NCBI GenBank assembly: GCA_016432465.1
Contig: CP066690.1
Span: 462,823 to 526,822, forward strand
DNA: 64,000 nt
Reading direction: 5' to 3'
Origin: Candidatus Sungiibacteriota bacterium
GTDB taxonomy: Bacteria; Patescibacteriota; Minisyncoccia; Sungbacterales; HO2-52-23
Below are positions 56,581-64,000 of this stretch, one piece after another (position 1 is the first letter of the stretch; each line of letters opens with the position of its first letter). The notes beneath the pieces are model-generated. The model had not been told where the DNA came from. It saw nothing but the letters and a program-made list of their open reading frames with translations, and searched no databases. The translations under genes and the position numbers were made by a program.

Positions 56581-56976
56581 ATGTGGGTTGATGGTAACGG
56601 CAGGCGGCGTTCCGCCTGCAAAAAGACAGTTCGTGGGGCGGCCCTTTTCTCGCACGCGGCGAGACGGGACCGAAACCTTCACGGTCTTGAGGTTCCCGAA
56701 CCGCTACAGCGGTTTGGTGAGCGGACGAGCGAGGAGCCTCGGCGTGAGCCTCGGCAGCGCAGTGGACCGACGACCCGTGCCGAACAGCACGTGGAACAGT
56801 GCGAGCGGGTCGAGGTGATTCCCGCAATGCCATCACATAAGGATCTCGGGATGATGGGAGCTTTGGCGAGCCTTATGGCCCTAGGCGAATCGCACACGTC
56901 CAGTCTTGCCCGGACATGGCGCTCCCTCAAGGAGGTCCCCCGCCGGATTTTCCCGCGCAGGAGGGGCGACAGGTAA
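56581..56976 (+). CDS. possible Arg-rich small protein (131 aa) with a strong SD, inside a GC-rich island; could instead be non-coding structured RNA
   Basis: AAAGGAGG 7 nt before the ATG; about 62% GC; Arg-rich translation of low confidence. Confidence 0.2.
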   Translation: MWVDGNGRRRSACKKTVRGAALFSHAARRDRNLHGLEVPEPLQRFGERTSEEPRREPRQRSGPTTRAEQHVEQCERVEVIPAMPSHKDLGMMGALASLMALGESHTSSLARTWRSLKEVPRRIFPRRRGDR

Positions 56977-56987
56977 CAGGGTTCAGT

Positions 56988-57062
56988 GACGCCGTCGTCT
57001 AGTGGTCAAGATCTGGGCCCTTCAAGCCCGGGACAAGGGTTCAAATCCCTTCGGCGTCACCA
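56988..57062 (+). tRNA. tRNA-Glu (anticodon TTC), CCA encoded
   Basis: Hand-folded: acceptor GACGCCG/CGGCGTC, anticodon loop CCTTCAA, T arm AAGGG-TTCAAAT-CCCTT. Confidence 0.85.
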
Positions 57063-57088
57063 TCCCATACGGTTTTTACGTAGTCGGT

Positions 57089-57165
57089 GGGCTCGTAGCT
57101 CAACTTGGTAGAGCAGCGGGCTTTTAACCCGAGGGTTGCAGGTTCAACTCCTGCCGGGCCCACCA
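57089..57165 (+). tRNA. tRNA-Lys (anticodon TTT), CCA encoded
   Basis: Hand-folded: acceptor GGGCTCG/CGGGCCC, anticodon loop CTTTTAA, T arm GCAGG-TTCAACT-CCTGC. Confidence 0.85.
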
Positions 57166-57207
57166 AATTAAGTCTGGCCATCAGCACATAAAGGAGGTGA
57201 GGCTTAG

Positions 57208-57300
57208 GTGTATCGTTTCCAGATCACAGGCGGCGGCATCATCATCGTGGGCAATGAGGTCCGCGATTGGGTGAGCCGTAGCTGGTCCGAGGTGAAGTGA
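57208..57300 (+). CDS. possible 30-aa peptide (GTG start) with a perfect SD immediately after tRNA-Lys
   Basis: AAAGGAGGTG then GTG; translation VYRFQITGGGIIIVGNEVRDWVSRSWSEVK; speculative. Confidence 0.2.
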   Translation: MYRFQITGGGIIIVGNEVRDWVSRSWSEVK

Positions 57301-57513
57301 CCCGCCTCTTATAACGGGGAACACCAAAATACCGGTGTTCCCCCTCGAGCCGGTCCCATAAGGTTTCGACGAATAGGTTTCTCCCCAAAGTAATTTTGTA
57401 CCTTTTACAATTAACTTAGGAGGAACCTACGATCTTTATGGGATCAGCTCGGGTATTTATTATTACAGCTCTTAAAGAGACCACGTAAGAGATATTTTTC
57501 ATCTTCGCAAAAA

Positions 57514-57547
57514 CCGTCCCTCTGTCAGTGACAGAGGGGCGGTTTTT
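57514..57547 (+). terminator. rho-independent terminator CCGTCCCTCTGTCAGTGACAGAGGGGCGG followed by TTTTT
   Basis: 12-bp stem plus a T-run upstream of tRNA-Arg. Confidence 0.6.
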
Positions 57548-57587
57548 GCTTGAAAGAGTTACGCGGCAAAGATATTATTGAATTGCT

Positions 57588-57660
57588 GTCCCTGTAGTTT
57601 AGCGGATAGAACACTGGCCTCCGAAGCCAGAGATCGGGGGTTCGAATCCTCCCAGGGACG
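57588..57660 (+). tRNA. tRNA-Arg (anticodon CCG), CCA not encoded
   Basis: Hand-folded: acceptor GTCCCTG/CAGGGAC, anticodon loop CTCCGAA, T arm GGGGG-TTCGAAT-CCTCC. Confidence 0.8.
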
Positions 57661-57681
57661 TTCAAGGTTAGTAAAACCCGC

Positions 57682-58113
57682 ATGAAAGTCCGTATCCGAA
57701 GAATAGATAAATCTCTTCCTTTGCCGGGGTATAAAACCCAAGGCGCAGTTGCTTTTGATCTGGCGGCGCGTCTTTCCATGACCATTACCCCGCGGTCAGT
57801 TGCTTATATTCCCCTTAATGTGGCGTTGGAACCGCCGGAGGGCTATATGCTGCTCCTGGCAGCGCGCTCTTCTCTTCATAAAAAGGGTTTGATGCTGGCC
57901 AACGGCGTAGGAATCGGTGACCGTGATTTTTCCGGAAACGAGGACGAGTATCACGCCGCGCTTTATAATTTCACCGACGGCGAAGTTACTGTTGAGCGTG
58001 GAGAGAGGGTGGTGCAGGGGATGCTTAAACCCTACGAGAAAGCAGAATGGCACGAGGTGGAGGATTTAGAAAATATCTCCCGTGGAGGTTTTGGCACGAC
58101 TGGCCCATTTTAA
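57682..58113 (+). CDS. dut: dUTP diphosphatase (dUTPase/dCTP deaminase superfamily)
   Basis: 143 aa; conserved dUTPase motifs, including GVGIGDRDFSGNEDEYHAALYNF. Confidence 0.7.
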   Translation: MKVRIRRIDKSLPLPGYKTQGAVAFDLAARLSMTITPRSVAYIPLNVALEPPEGYMLLLAARSSLHKKGLMLANGVGIGDRDFSGNEDEYHAALYNFTDGEVTVERGERVVQGMLKPYEKAEWHEVEDLENISRGGFGTTGPF

Positions 58114-58134
58114 CATCCTTCGGTATTATAGACG

Positions 58135-59346
58135 GTGATGGGGGTTTCTATTCTTATTATCTCTGGCAGAAAACCACGCCGCTCTGCGGTCCAGACGCGA
58201 GAGCTTCCCGCGAAGCGGGAGCTCCCGTCTCCGGGGATGAATGCCAGCCCGGAGTTACGGTCCGACAAGGGTCGGACCGAAGCGGAGGAGATAACCCCGC
58301 TTGAAGCCCGATCGCCAGGGCGATTTTCTGAAGACGAGCGAGGCTTGTCTGAAGAAAACCACGCCCCTCAGGGCGTGGCAGCGGTTATTTTTCTAGCGAT
58401 ATTTCTACTACCGCTTTTCACCAACGCGCAGGGGTTTAACAAAAACCTCTATTTTGGCATGAGAAACAACTCGGAGGTGGTAAGACTTCAGGAGTTCCTG
58501 CGCGATCTTGGCTATTTTACCTATCCCACATCAACCGGAAATTATTTTACAGCCACACTGAACGCCGTTAAGAAGTTCCAAAAAGATAATGGCATTCCGG
58601 CCATTGGCGGTTATTTTGGTCCGCAGTCGCGTACGATTGCCAACCGCCTTCTTTCTCCGGTAGAGGAGGCGACCTCGAGCGCCACAAAGACCGTCAAGAC
58701 AAAAACCTCCCCCTATAAAGGTAAAATTGTTATTAGTTTTGTTTCCGGCAAGAGCGAAGATCCAAAAGCAGAGTATTTGATTCTGGCAAATAAAACCGAA
58801 AAGGAAAAAGTTATTATATCCGATTGGTTTATAGAAATTTCGTCCGGAGCAAGATTTACAATACCCAAGGGATATGAGCTTCCCGGATTTTCGACTCTTC
58901 CCTCCGACCCCATCGCTCTTAGGCCTGGAGACCGTGCTACTATTACTGTTGGCCGACAGGAGAAAAACGCAGACTTCAGGCAAAATGTATGTACTGGTTA
59001 TTTTGACGAGGAGACTGTTTATAGTCCAACCCTTTCCCATCAGTGTCCGAGACCCGACACCGGCCGCCTTATCAGCCTCTCCGATCAGTGTCTTAGAATA
59101 ATTGATGCAACACCAACGTGTCGTCTATCCAGGCCCGGCCCCTACATTGATTCCGACTGCTCGCAATATCTGAACAGAAGCCTAAACTACACAGGCTGCG
59201 TTGCTGACTATCGTAATAGAAAAGATTTTTATTCTCAGGAGTGGCTGATCTGGATGCAGAAGAATCAGGAGTTTTTCCGCAATGTCCGCGAGCATATTAT
59301 TTTGCGCGACCCCCAAGGGCGGGTAGTGGACGAATATAGTTACTAA
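58135..59346 (+). CDS. secreted protein with a peptidoglycan-binding (PG_binding_1-like) domain and a Cys-rich C-terminal domain
   Basis: RLQEFLRDLGYFTYPTSTGNYFTATLNAVKKFQKDNGIPAIGGYFGPQSRTIANRLL is a PG-binding repeat. The likely true start is the GTG near 58375, giving signal peptide VAAVIFLAIFLLPLFTNA. The first 240 nt of the track ORF are a GC-rich hairpin element. Confidence 0.55.
   Translation: MMGVSILIISGRKPRRSAVQTRELPAKRELPSPGMNASPELRSDKGRTEAEEITPLEARSPGRFSEDERGLSEENHAPQGVAAVIFLAIFLLPLFTNAQGFNKNLYFGMRNNSEVVRLQEFLRDLGYFTYPTSTGNYFTATLNAVKKFQKDNGIPAIGGYFGPQSRTIANRLLSPVEEATSSATKTVKTKTSPYKGKIVISFVSGKSEDPKAEYLILANKTEKEKVIISDWFIEISSGARFTIPKGYELPGFSTLPSDPIALRPGDRATITVGRQEKNADFRQNVCTGYFDEETVYSPTLSHQCPRPDTGRLISLSDQCLRIIDATPTCRLSRPGPYIDSDCSQYLNRSLNYTGCVADYRNRKDFYSQEWLIWMQKNQEFFRNVREHIILRDPQGRVVDEYSY
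58150..58375. repeat. GC-rich hairpin-dense element between dut and the PG-binding protein gene (same compositional family as the CCTAGG repeats)
   Basis: Serial GC hairpins (CTTCCCGCGAAGCGGGAG, CGGTCCGACAAGGGTCGGACCG, CACGCCCCTCAGGGCGTGG); shares GAGCTCCCGTC-like strings with the 56262 hairpin core. Confidence 0.35.
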
Positions 59347-59368
59347 GGAGTCCCCGCTTATTAATATT

Positions 59369-60700
59369 ATGAAATTATCATTCCACGGCGGTGCCCGGGA
59401 GGTGACAGGAGCGTGTTATCTTTTAGAGACCGCCCAAACAAAAATTCTTATTGATTGCGGACTTTTTCAGGGGTGCGACGAGTGCGCGGATTTAAATTTT
59501 GAGAAATTTAAGTTTGAGCCGCGAAAAATTGACCTGCTGGTTGTAACGCATGCCCACCTTGATCACGTGGGCCGGATCCCCAAACTTGTCCAAGAGGGAT
59601 TCTCCGGAAAAATTTATTCCACCGCTCCGACACAAGAATTGGCTCGTTTAATTTTGGAGGATGCGTTTCATCTGATGCGGCGCGACAGTAAAAAGATGTA
59701 TGACGAAGAGGATTTGGAAAAAACTTTCCGGCTTTGGGAGGACGTTCCTTATCACAAAATTCTTGAAACAGGGGATATAAAATTTCGTCTTAATAATGCC
59801 GGCCACATATTGGGCTCAAGCCTTGTTGAACTTTGGGCAGAGAATAAACATTGGCTTTTTAGCGGGGATCTTGGCAACTTGCCCTCTGCCCTTCTGCCCC
59901 CGCCGGAAACCTTCAAAAATATTGAATATTTGGTTTTGGAGTCAACTTATGGAAATCGCACTCACGAGGATCCGGGGGAAAGAGTACTGATGCTGGAGCG
60001 GGCGGTGGAGGACGTGACTGCGCGTCATGGGATGTTGATGATACCGGCTTTTGCTACAGAACGAACCCAAGACATCCTGTTTTTGTTGAACGAGATGCTG
60101 CTTTTCAAGCGTATTCCGGAGATTCCGGTTTTTGTGGATGCGCCGCTGGCGATTCGCGTGACATCAGTTTTTGAAAAATATACGGACCACTATAAGGAAG
60201 AAATCCGCGAGCTTTTCCGTCAACACCCCAATCTTTTTAAATTTAAAAAGTTGAAGTTTACCGAATCCGTTGAGGAGTCAAAGAAAATAAACGATGTTCC
60301 TCCGCCCAAAGTAGTAATCGCGGGTTCCGGTATGATGAATGGCGGAAGAATTTTACATCATGCGCGTCGTTATCTCCCCGACCCCAAAAGTATTTTATTG
60401 ATTATTGGGTACCAAGCGGCAGGTTCTTTGGGCCGGCGGCTTATTGACGGCGAAAAAACGGTAAAACTTTTTGGAGAAGAGATTTCGGTGGCAGCCGAGA
60501 TTAGAAAAATAAATGGTTTCTCGGCCCACGCTGATAATCCGCAGCTGTTTGACTTTGTTGACAGAAACCGCGATGCCCTGAAGCGCGTTTTTGTGGTTCA
60601 GGGCGAGGAGCCGCAGGCGCTTCATTTTATGCAGGAAATTAAAGATCGGCTTGGAGTTCAAGCCGACGCCCCTACGCTTTATCAAGAGTTTGAGATTTGA
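59369..60700 (+). CDS. metallo-beta-lactamase / beta-CASP family ribonuclease (RNase J/CPSF-like)
   Basis: HxHxDH motif VTHAHLDHVGRIP; beta-CASP region; C-terminal His motif. Confidence 0.7.
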   Translation: MKLSFHGGAREVTGACYLLETAQTKILIDCGLFQGCDECADLNFEKFKFEPRKIDLLVVTHAHLDHVGRIPKLVQEGFSGKIYSTAPTQELARLILEDAFHLMRRDSKKMYDEEDLEKTFRLWEDVPYHKILETGDIKFRLNNAGHILGSSLVELWAENKHWLFSGDLGNLPSALLPPPETFKNIEYLVLESTYGNRTHEDPGERVLMLERAVEDVTARHGMLMIPAFATERTQDILFLLNEMLLFKRIPEIPVFVDAPLAIRVTSVFEKYTDHYKEEIRELFRQHPNLFKFKKLKFTESVEESKKINDVPPPKVVIAGSGMMNGGRILHHARRYLPDPKSILLIIGYQAAGSLGRRLIDGEKTVKLFGEEISVAAEIRKINGFSAHADNPQLFDFVDRNRDALKRVFVVQGEEPQALHFMQEIKDRLGVQADAPTLYQEFEI

Positions 60701-60741
60701 CCGAGGGTGTGAAGAAGACGAGATACATAGGTCAGTAATAA

Positions 60742-60791
60742 CTTTTACGTAATCACCCCCTCACGATCGTGAGGGGGTGATTACGTAAAAG
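60742..60791. terminator. 50-nt perfect palindrome CTTTTACGTAATCACCCCCTCACGA|TCGTGAGGGGGTGATTACGTAAAAG; bidirectional terminator
   Basis: Perfect 25-bp arms, seen directly between convergent genes. Confidence 0.6.
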
Positions 60792-60866
60792 CTGATTTTA
60801 TGAACGACTGCGCAGGCGGTTGGAAAAATAAATAGCCGGTCGGGTCTTGCCCGAGCCGGCGAGTAT

Positions 60867-61217
60867 CTATGCAAGCCTTTCCACGTGGCCGACAAAGTAT
60901 CCCTGGCTTCCGTAGATCTTATACCAGCCTGATTCCGTAATCCTGAAGAGATGCCGCTCGAGACTTGCTGTAAGCGCTTTTATCTCATCCTCGGTTAGCT
61001 CATCACGCTTCAATCGTTCTACTGCGGCATCCAACATATTGATGTGTATAATCTGTGTTGTGCGGGGGTTGCACACCTTGTCATCGCCGTAACCCTTATC
61101 GGGGACGAAGAACAGAAGGTCATTTGTCGCATGTTTTCCAAGCGCAGTCAATAGACCATTTTGGTGGTTGTCTTTGATCAACGTGACCACGAAGTGGGCC
61201 ATCAGGTCCCTCCGCAT
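60867..61217 (-). CDS. hypothetical protein
   Basis: 116-aa ORF followed on the minus strand by the hairpin GCCGGCTCGGGCAAGACCCGACCGGC and a T-run. Confidence 0.4.
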   Translation of the reverse strand: MRRDLMAHFVVTLIKDNHQNGLLTALGKHATNDLLFFVPDKGYGDDKVCNPRTTQIIHINMLDAAVERLKRDELTEDEIKALTASLERHLFRITESGWYKIYGSQGYFVGHVERLA

Positions 61218-61279
61218 TTCGGGCCGATGTTATTGTACCAAACTGTTCATAAAAAGTCAAGTGTGGAAAAACTAGATTG

Positions 61280-61288
61280 TGGTATAAT
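61280..61288 (+). promoter_or_regulatory. extended -10 promoter element TGGTATAAT
   Basis: TGnTATAAT match about 320 nt upstream of the 61608 ORF. Confidence 0.4.
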
Positions 61289-61607
61289 AGAGATAGTTTT
61301 AACTTTGAAGTTTTTGAGCATGACCCCGCACTTATTTTGCGAGTTAGCCCATGGCGGCACGCTTCGCACGCAGAGGGGTTGGCTATTCGCCACCGCGTGC
61401 CGCACAAATTCTCGTCTTTCAGCATTGTTTGGGAGCCCTGCCAGTATCTTGGCAAAATAAGTGCGGGGTTAAGTTTTTGTAGCGAAATTTATTTCGCTAC
61501 TGCTCATAAATTTCGACAAAAACATAAAACCCACACCCCACACCCATTTAAAATATAAAATCTGCGTCTCGGGAGCCGCAGAAACCAATTTTTGTTCCAA
61601 AGACACG

Positions 61608-62099
61608 TTGGAGAAAACCAAGGAGCTGGGAAGACAGGTGATTTGGCATAATTCCGTATTGGTAACTGGCGCAACAACTGGCGCGCCGCTTTGGGCCGCG
61701 ATTGGAGCCAAAGAGGCTGGGGGCTTTGTTATAGGTGTTTCGCCCGCATCCTCCGAGATTGAGCACGTAAAAAAATATAAACTACCCATAGATTACCACG
61801 ACATTATAGTTTATACTGGATTCGGGTATTCGGGGAGAAACCTGCTGCTTACGCGCGCTTCCGATGCCGTACTTTTTACTTGCGGAAGAATGGGGACCCT
61901 GAATGAGTTTACTATTGCTTTTGAGGACCAAAAGCCCATGGGTGTTTTGGTCGGCACCGGTGGCATGGCTGATGAAATGAAAGAGATTTTGGAGAAGGCG
62001 CACCGCGGCATGGGGAAAGTTATTTTTGACCCCGACCCTAAAAATTTGGTCGAAAAAGTATTAAAGTTGGTTAAAAAAGAAAAGGTCGTAGAGATTTAG
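61608..62099 (+). CDS. LOG/TIGR00725-family Rossmann-fold protein
   Basis: VLVTGATTGAPLWAAIGAKEAGGFVIGVSP...GGMADEM pattern typical of the LOG/Smf-like TIGR00725 family. Confidence 0.5.
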   Translation: MEKTKELGRQVIWHNSVLVTGATTGAPLWAAIGAKEAGGFVIGVSPASSEIEHVKKYKLPIDYHDIIVYTGFGYSGRNLLLTRASDAVLFTCGRMGTLNEFTIAFEDQKPMGVLVGTGGMADEMKEILEKAHRGMGKVIFDPDPKNLVEKVLKLVKKEKVVEI

Positions 62100-62194
62100 A
62101 AGCAAAATTAGACGCCATAATAACGCAAAATTATACGCAAGTTTTGCGTTTATGGTTGCGTAATTGGTTGCGTTTATTATTGCTTCTACGAAAC

Positions 62195-62440
62195 ATGGAA
62201 GAACAAGTGGGCAAAATTATTCATTACTACGATAAGATCGGCGTAGGCGTGGTGCGGCTTGAGGGAGAACTCGGCGCGGGAGACACGGTTCACGTAAAAG
62301 GCAAGACGAGCGACTTTGAACAAACAGTGGAGTCCATGCAGGTTGACAGGAAAAATGTGGACTCCGGTAAAAAGGGAGAAGAGGTGGCGGTCAAGTTCAA
62401 CGAAAAAGCGCACGAAGGAGACATTGTATATAAAAAGTAG
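62195..62440 (+). CDS. small beta-barrel hypothetical protein (81 aa)
   Basis: Internal Met MEEQVGKIIHYYDKIGVGVVRLEGELGAGDTVHVKG. The 62144 start in the track begins in a repetitive spacer. Confidence 0.4.
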   Translation: MEEQVGKIIHYYDKIGVGVVRLEGELGAGDTVHVKGKTSDFEQTVESMQVDRKNVDSGKKGEEVAVKFNEKAHEGDIVYKK

Positions 62441-62451
62441 GATTTTAAATA

Positions 62452-63578
62452 TGGCGAAATTTTTGGAGGCCGTTTTGATATTGTCCGGCATGATTATCGG
62501 AGTGGGGATGTTTGGCATCCCTTTTTCGTTTGCCAGAGCCGGTTTTTGGTTGGGAGTGGTTGAACTTGCGATTCTTGCCGGAGTCATAACGCTTTTCCAC
62601 CTGCTTTACGGCAAGATTGTTCTTGCCACTCAAGGGGCGCATCGCCTGCCGGGTTATGTACGGTTTTACTTGGGAAGTAGGGCTGGAATAATTTCTTGGG
62701 CCTCGGCTCTTTTTGGTATTTCGCTTACCCTGCTTGCTTACGTCTTGGTCGGTTCATTTTTTTTGGATAATATTTTTAAAGTTTTCTGGAGCGGGTCAAA
62801 TCAGATTTTCTGGATGGGGGCCGTGGTTATGGTCGGCGCTGCCATTAACCTGTTCTCTTTAAAAAAAGAAGCATTAGTTAACGGGATTCTTACCGGAGTT
62901 CTTATTTTTTTTATTTTGGGGCTCATTTTTTTTCTTTTACCCCAAACAGCAACCCCCAACTTCACGGGATTTAACCCCGCAAATCTTTTTATACCTTATG
63001 GCGTGCTTCTTTTTGCGCTTTCGGGCGGCGTAGTTATTCCCGAGGTCATTGAAGTTTTGGGCAGAAACGTAAAAAAGGCCCAGAGCGCCATAATTATAGG
63101 GACACTGCTTCCGGCGCTGCTTTATTTATTTTTTGCGCTGGCTGTGGTTGGGGTTTCGGGGGCCGAAACCAGCGAAGATGCCATATCCGGTTTGCTGGCT
63201 GCAGGCAAAAATCTTATTTTTTGGGGAAGCGCGATTGGCTTTCTTGCGGTTTTCACGTCTTTTGTTGTACTCAATTCCAATTTTCAGTCGCTTCTTACGC
63301 TGGACCTCAAAATTTCTTCAAAAGTTTCGTGGTTTATTGTTTCTTTGCTGCCGGTTGCCCTTTATTTTGCCGGTTTTAAAAGTTTTGTGGCGGTTATTGC
63401 GGCCGTGGGGGCGCTCGCGGTAGGTATTGATTCGGCGCTGATCGTTGCTGCTCACTTTGTTTTGCGCCGTCGGGAAGGTTGGTTGCCTCGCCCGGCTTCT
63501 TATCTTTGGAGGTTTCTTTTGTATGGTATGATTGCAGCTGGCGTAGTTTATGAGCTTTTTAATATTTTATGGCTTTAA
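62452..63578 (+). CDS. amino acid permease-family transporter (about 11 TM helices)
   Basis: Begins MAKFLEAVLILSGMIIGVGMFGIPFSFARAGF, a typical amino-acid transporter N-terminus. The track ORF at 62316 is extended across the upstream gene. Confidence 0.65.
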
Positions 63579-63610
63579 CGCGCGAGTCAACACAGCAGCC
63601 CTTTTGGGCA

Positions 63611-64000
63611 ATGAGTATTGAAGAGGTTTTGCGGGGACTTGAGAGTTCGGGTGAGGGTTTAAAGGAGGAGGAGGCAAGGAGGCGCCAAAAAATTTTTGGA
63701 CCCAACGAAATTGAAGAGCGGCCGCACCTCGTTAAACTCAAAATTGTTTTAAACCAATTAAAAAGCCCCCTGATTCTGATTTTAATTTTTGCCGGGGTTC
63801 TTACTTTAGTACTTAGGGAATGGGTAGAGGCGGGGGTGGTTTTTGCTGCGGTATTGGTTAATACCGCCCTTGGTTTTTATCAGGAAAACAAAGCCGAGGA
63901 GGCCATAGCTTTTCTTAAAACCTATATTAGAGTACGCGCTCGTGTCAGAAGAAGCGGAGGGGAGCGGGAGATTGATGCCGCGGAGCTTGTTCCTGGAGAT
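63611..64000 (+). CDS. P-type cation-transporting ATPase (N-terminal fragment; runs off the window)
   Basis: Cation_ATPase_N-like start LESSGEGLKEEEARRRQKIFGPNEIEE followed by TM1/TM2. Confidence 0.65.
   Translation, partial: MSIEEVLRGLESSGEGLKEEEARRRQKIFGPNEIEERPHLVKLKIVLNQLKSPLILILIFAGVLTLVLREWVEAGVVFAAVLVNTALGFYQENKAEEAIAFLKTYIRVRARVRRSGGEREIDAAELVPGD

Noticed and set aside
56545-56987. RNase P RNA or tmRNA in the GC-rich block between tRNA-Met and tRNA-Glu
   Set aside because: None of the universally conserved RNase P motifs (GGAAAGUCCGG, ACAGAANCCGGCUUA) or the tmRNA tRNA-like ends and tag ORF were seen. It was left as an unassigned island in the findings.
1-64000. CRISPR arrays, rRNA genes, transposase or integrase genes
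   Set aside because: No regularly spaced direct repeats, no rRNA-like conserved stretches and no transposase or integrase ORFs were found on reading both strands. The mobile-looking features are non-autonomous miniature repeats only.

Overview
This 64-kb window reads as a single-contig chromosomal segment from a small-genome, Patescibacteria/CPR-like bacterium. GC content is moderate, most genes lack Shine-Dalgarno motifs, and much of the gene content is DNA replication, repair and cell-wall machinery. The replication-origin neighbourhood is present: rpmH-rnpA-yidD-yidC-jag lie on the minus strand, diverging from dnaA-dnaN, and there is a perfect DnaA box in the dnaA-dnaN spacer. Other housekeeping genes include comM/yifB, uvrD, rsmA, PBP1A, tyrS, ruvC, yebC, ruvB, pilB/gspE, tsaE, polA, fpg, holA, rpsT, uvrB, ruvA, femAB, a Mur ligase, a fused E1 dehydrogenase, dut and an RNase J-like nuclease. 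A cluster of four tRNA genes (Met, Glu, Lys, Arg) is also present. Among these genes sit several accessory or unusual features. (1) A roughly 12-kb gene cluster resembling a Gram-positive-type type IV secretion system, with a VirB4/TraE ATPase, a VirB6-like polytopic membrane protein, a PrgI-like two-helix protein, a pilin-like protein and secreted proteins. (2) A family of GC-rich, CCTAGG-bounded palindromic repeats. Two roughly 120-bp intergenic copies are clearly homologous, and 48-bp copies appear to be inserted in frame inside polA and femAB. (3) Two roughly 95-98-bp MITE-like elements with CCCGTTAGAGA terminal inverted repeats, each ending exactly at the start codon of a gene (yidC, holA), one of them also supplying the YidD C-terminus. 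(4) An array of four small ORFs between uvrB and ruvA, separated by reiterated terminator plus TTGACA-promoter modules. (5) A 1.27-kb polA-fpg spacer carrying two promoter- and terminator-equipped hydrophobic mini-peptide genes and a recurring TGTCATGGG motif. (6) A GC-rich island in the tRNA cluster with an 81-bp perfect-arm hairpin and small ORFs that have strong Shine-Dalgarno motifs. No rRNA genes or CRISPR arrays were seen. All calls come from reading the sequence and the supplied ORF translations; no database search was possible.
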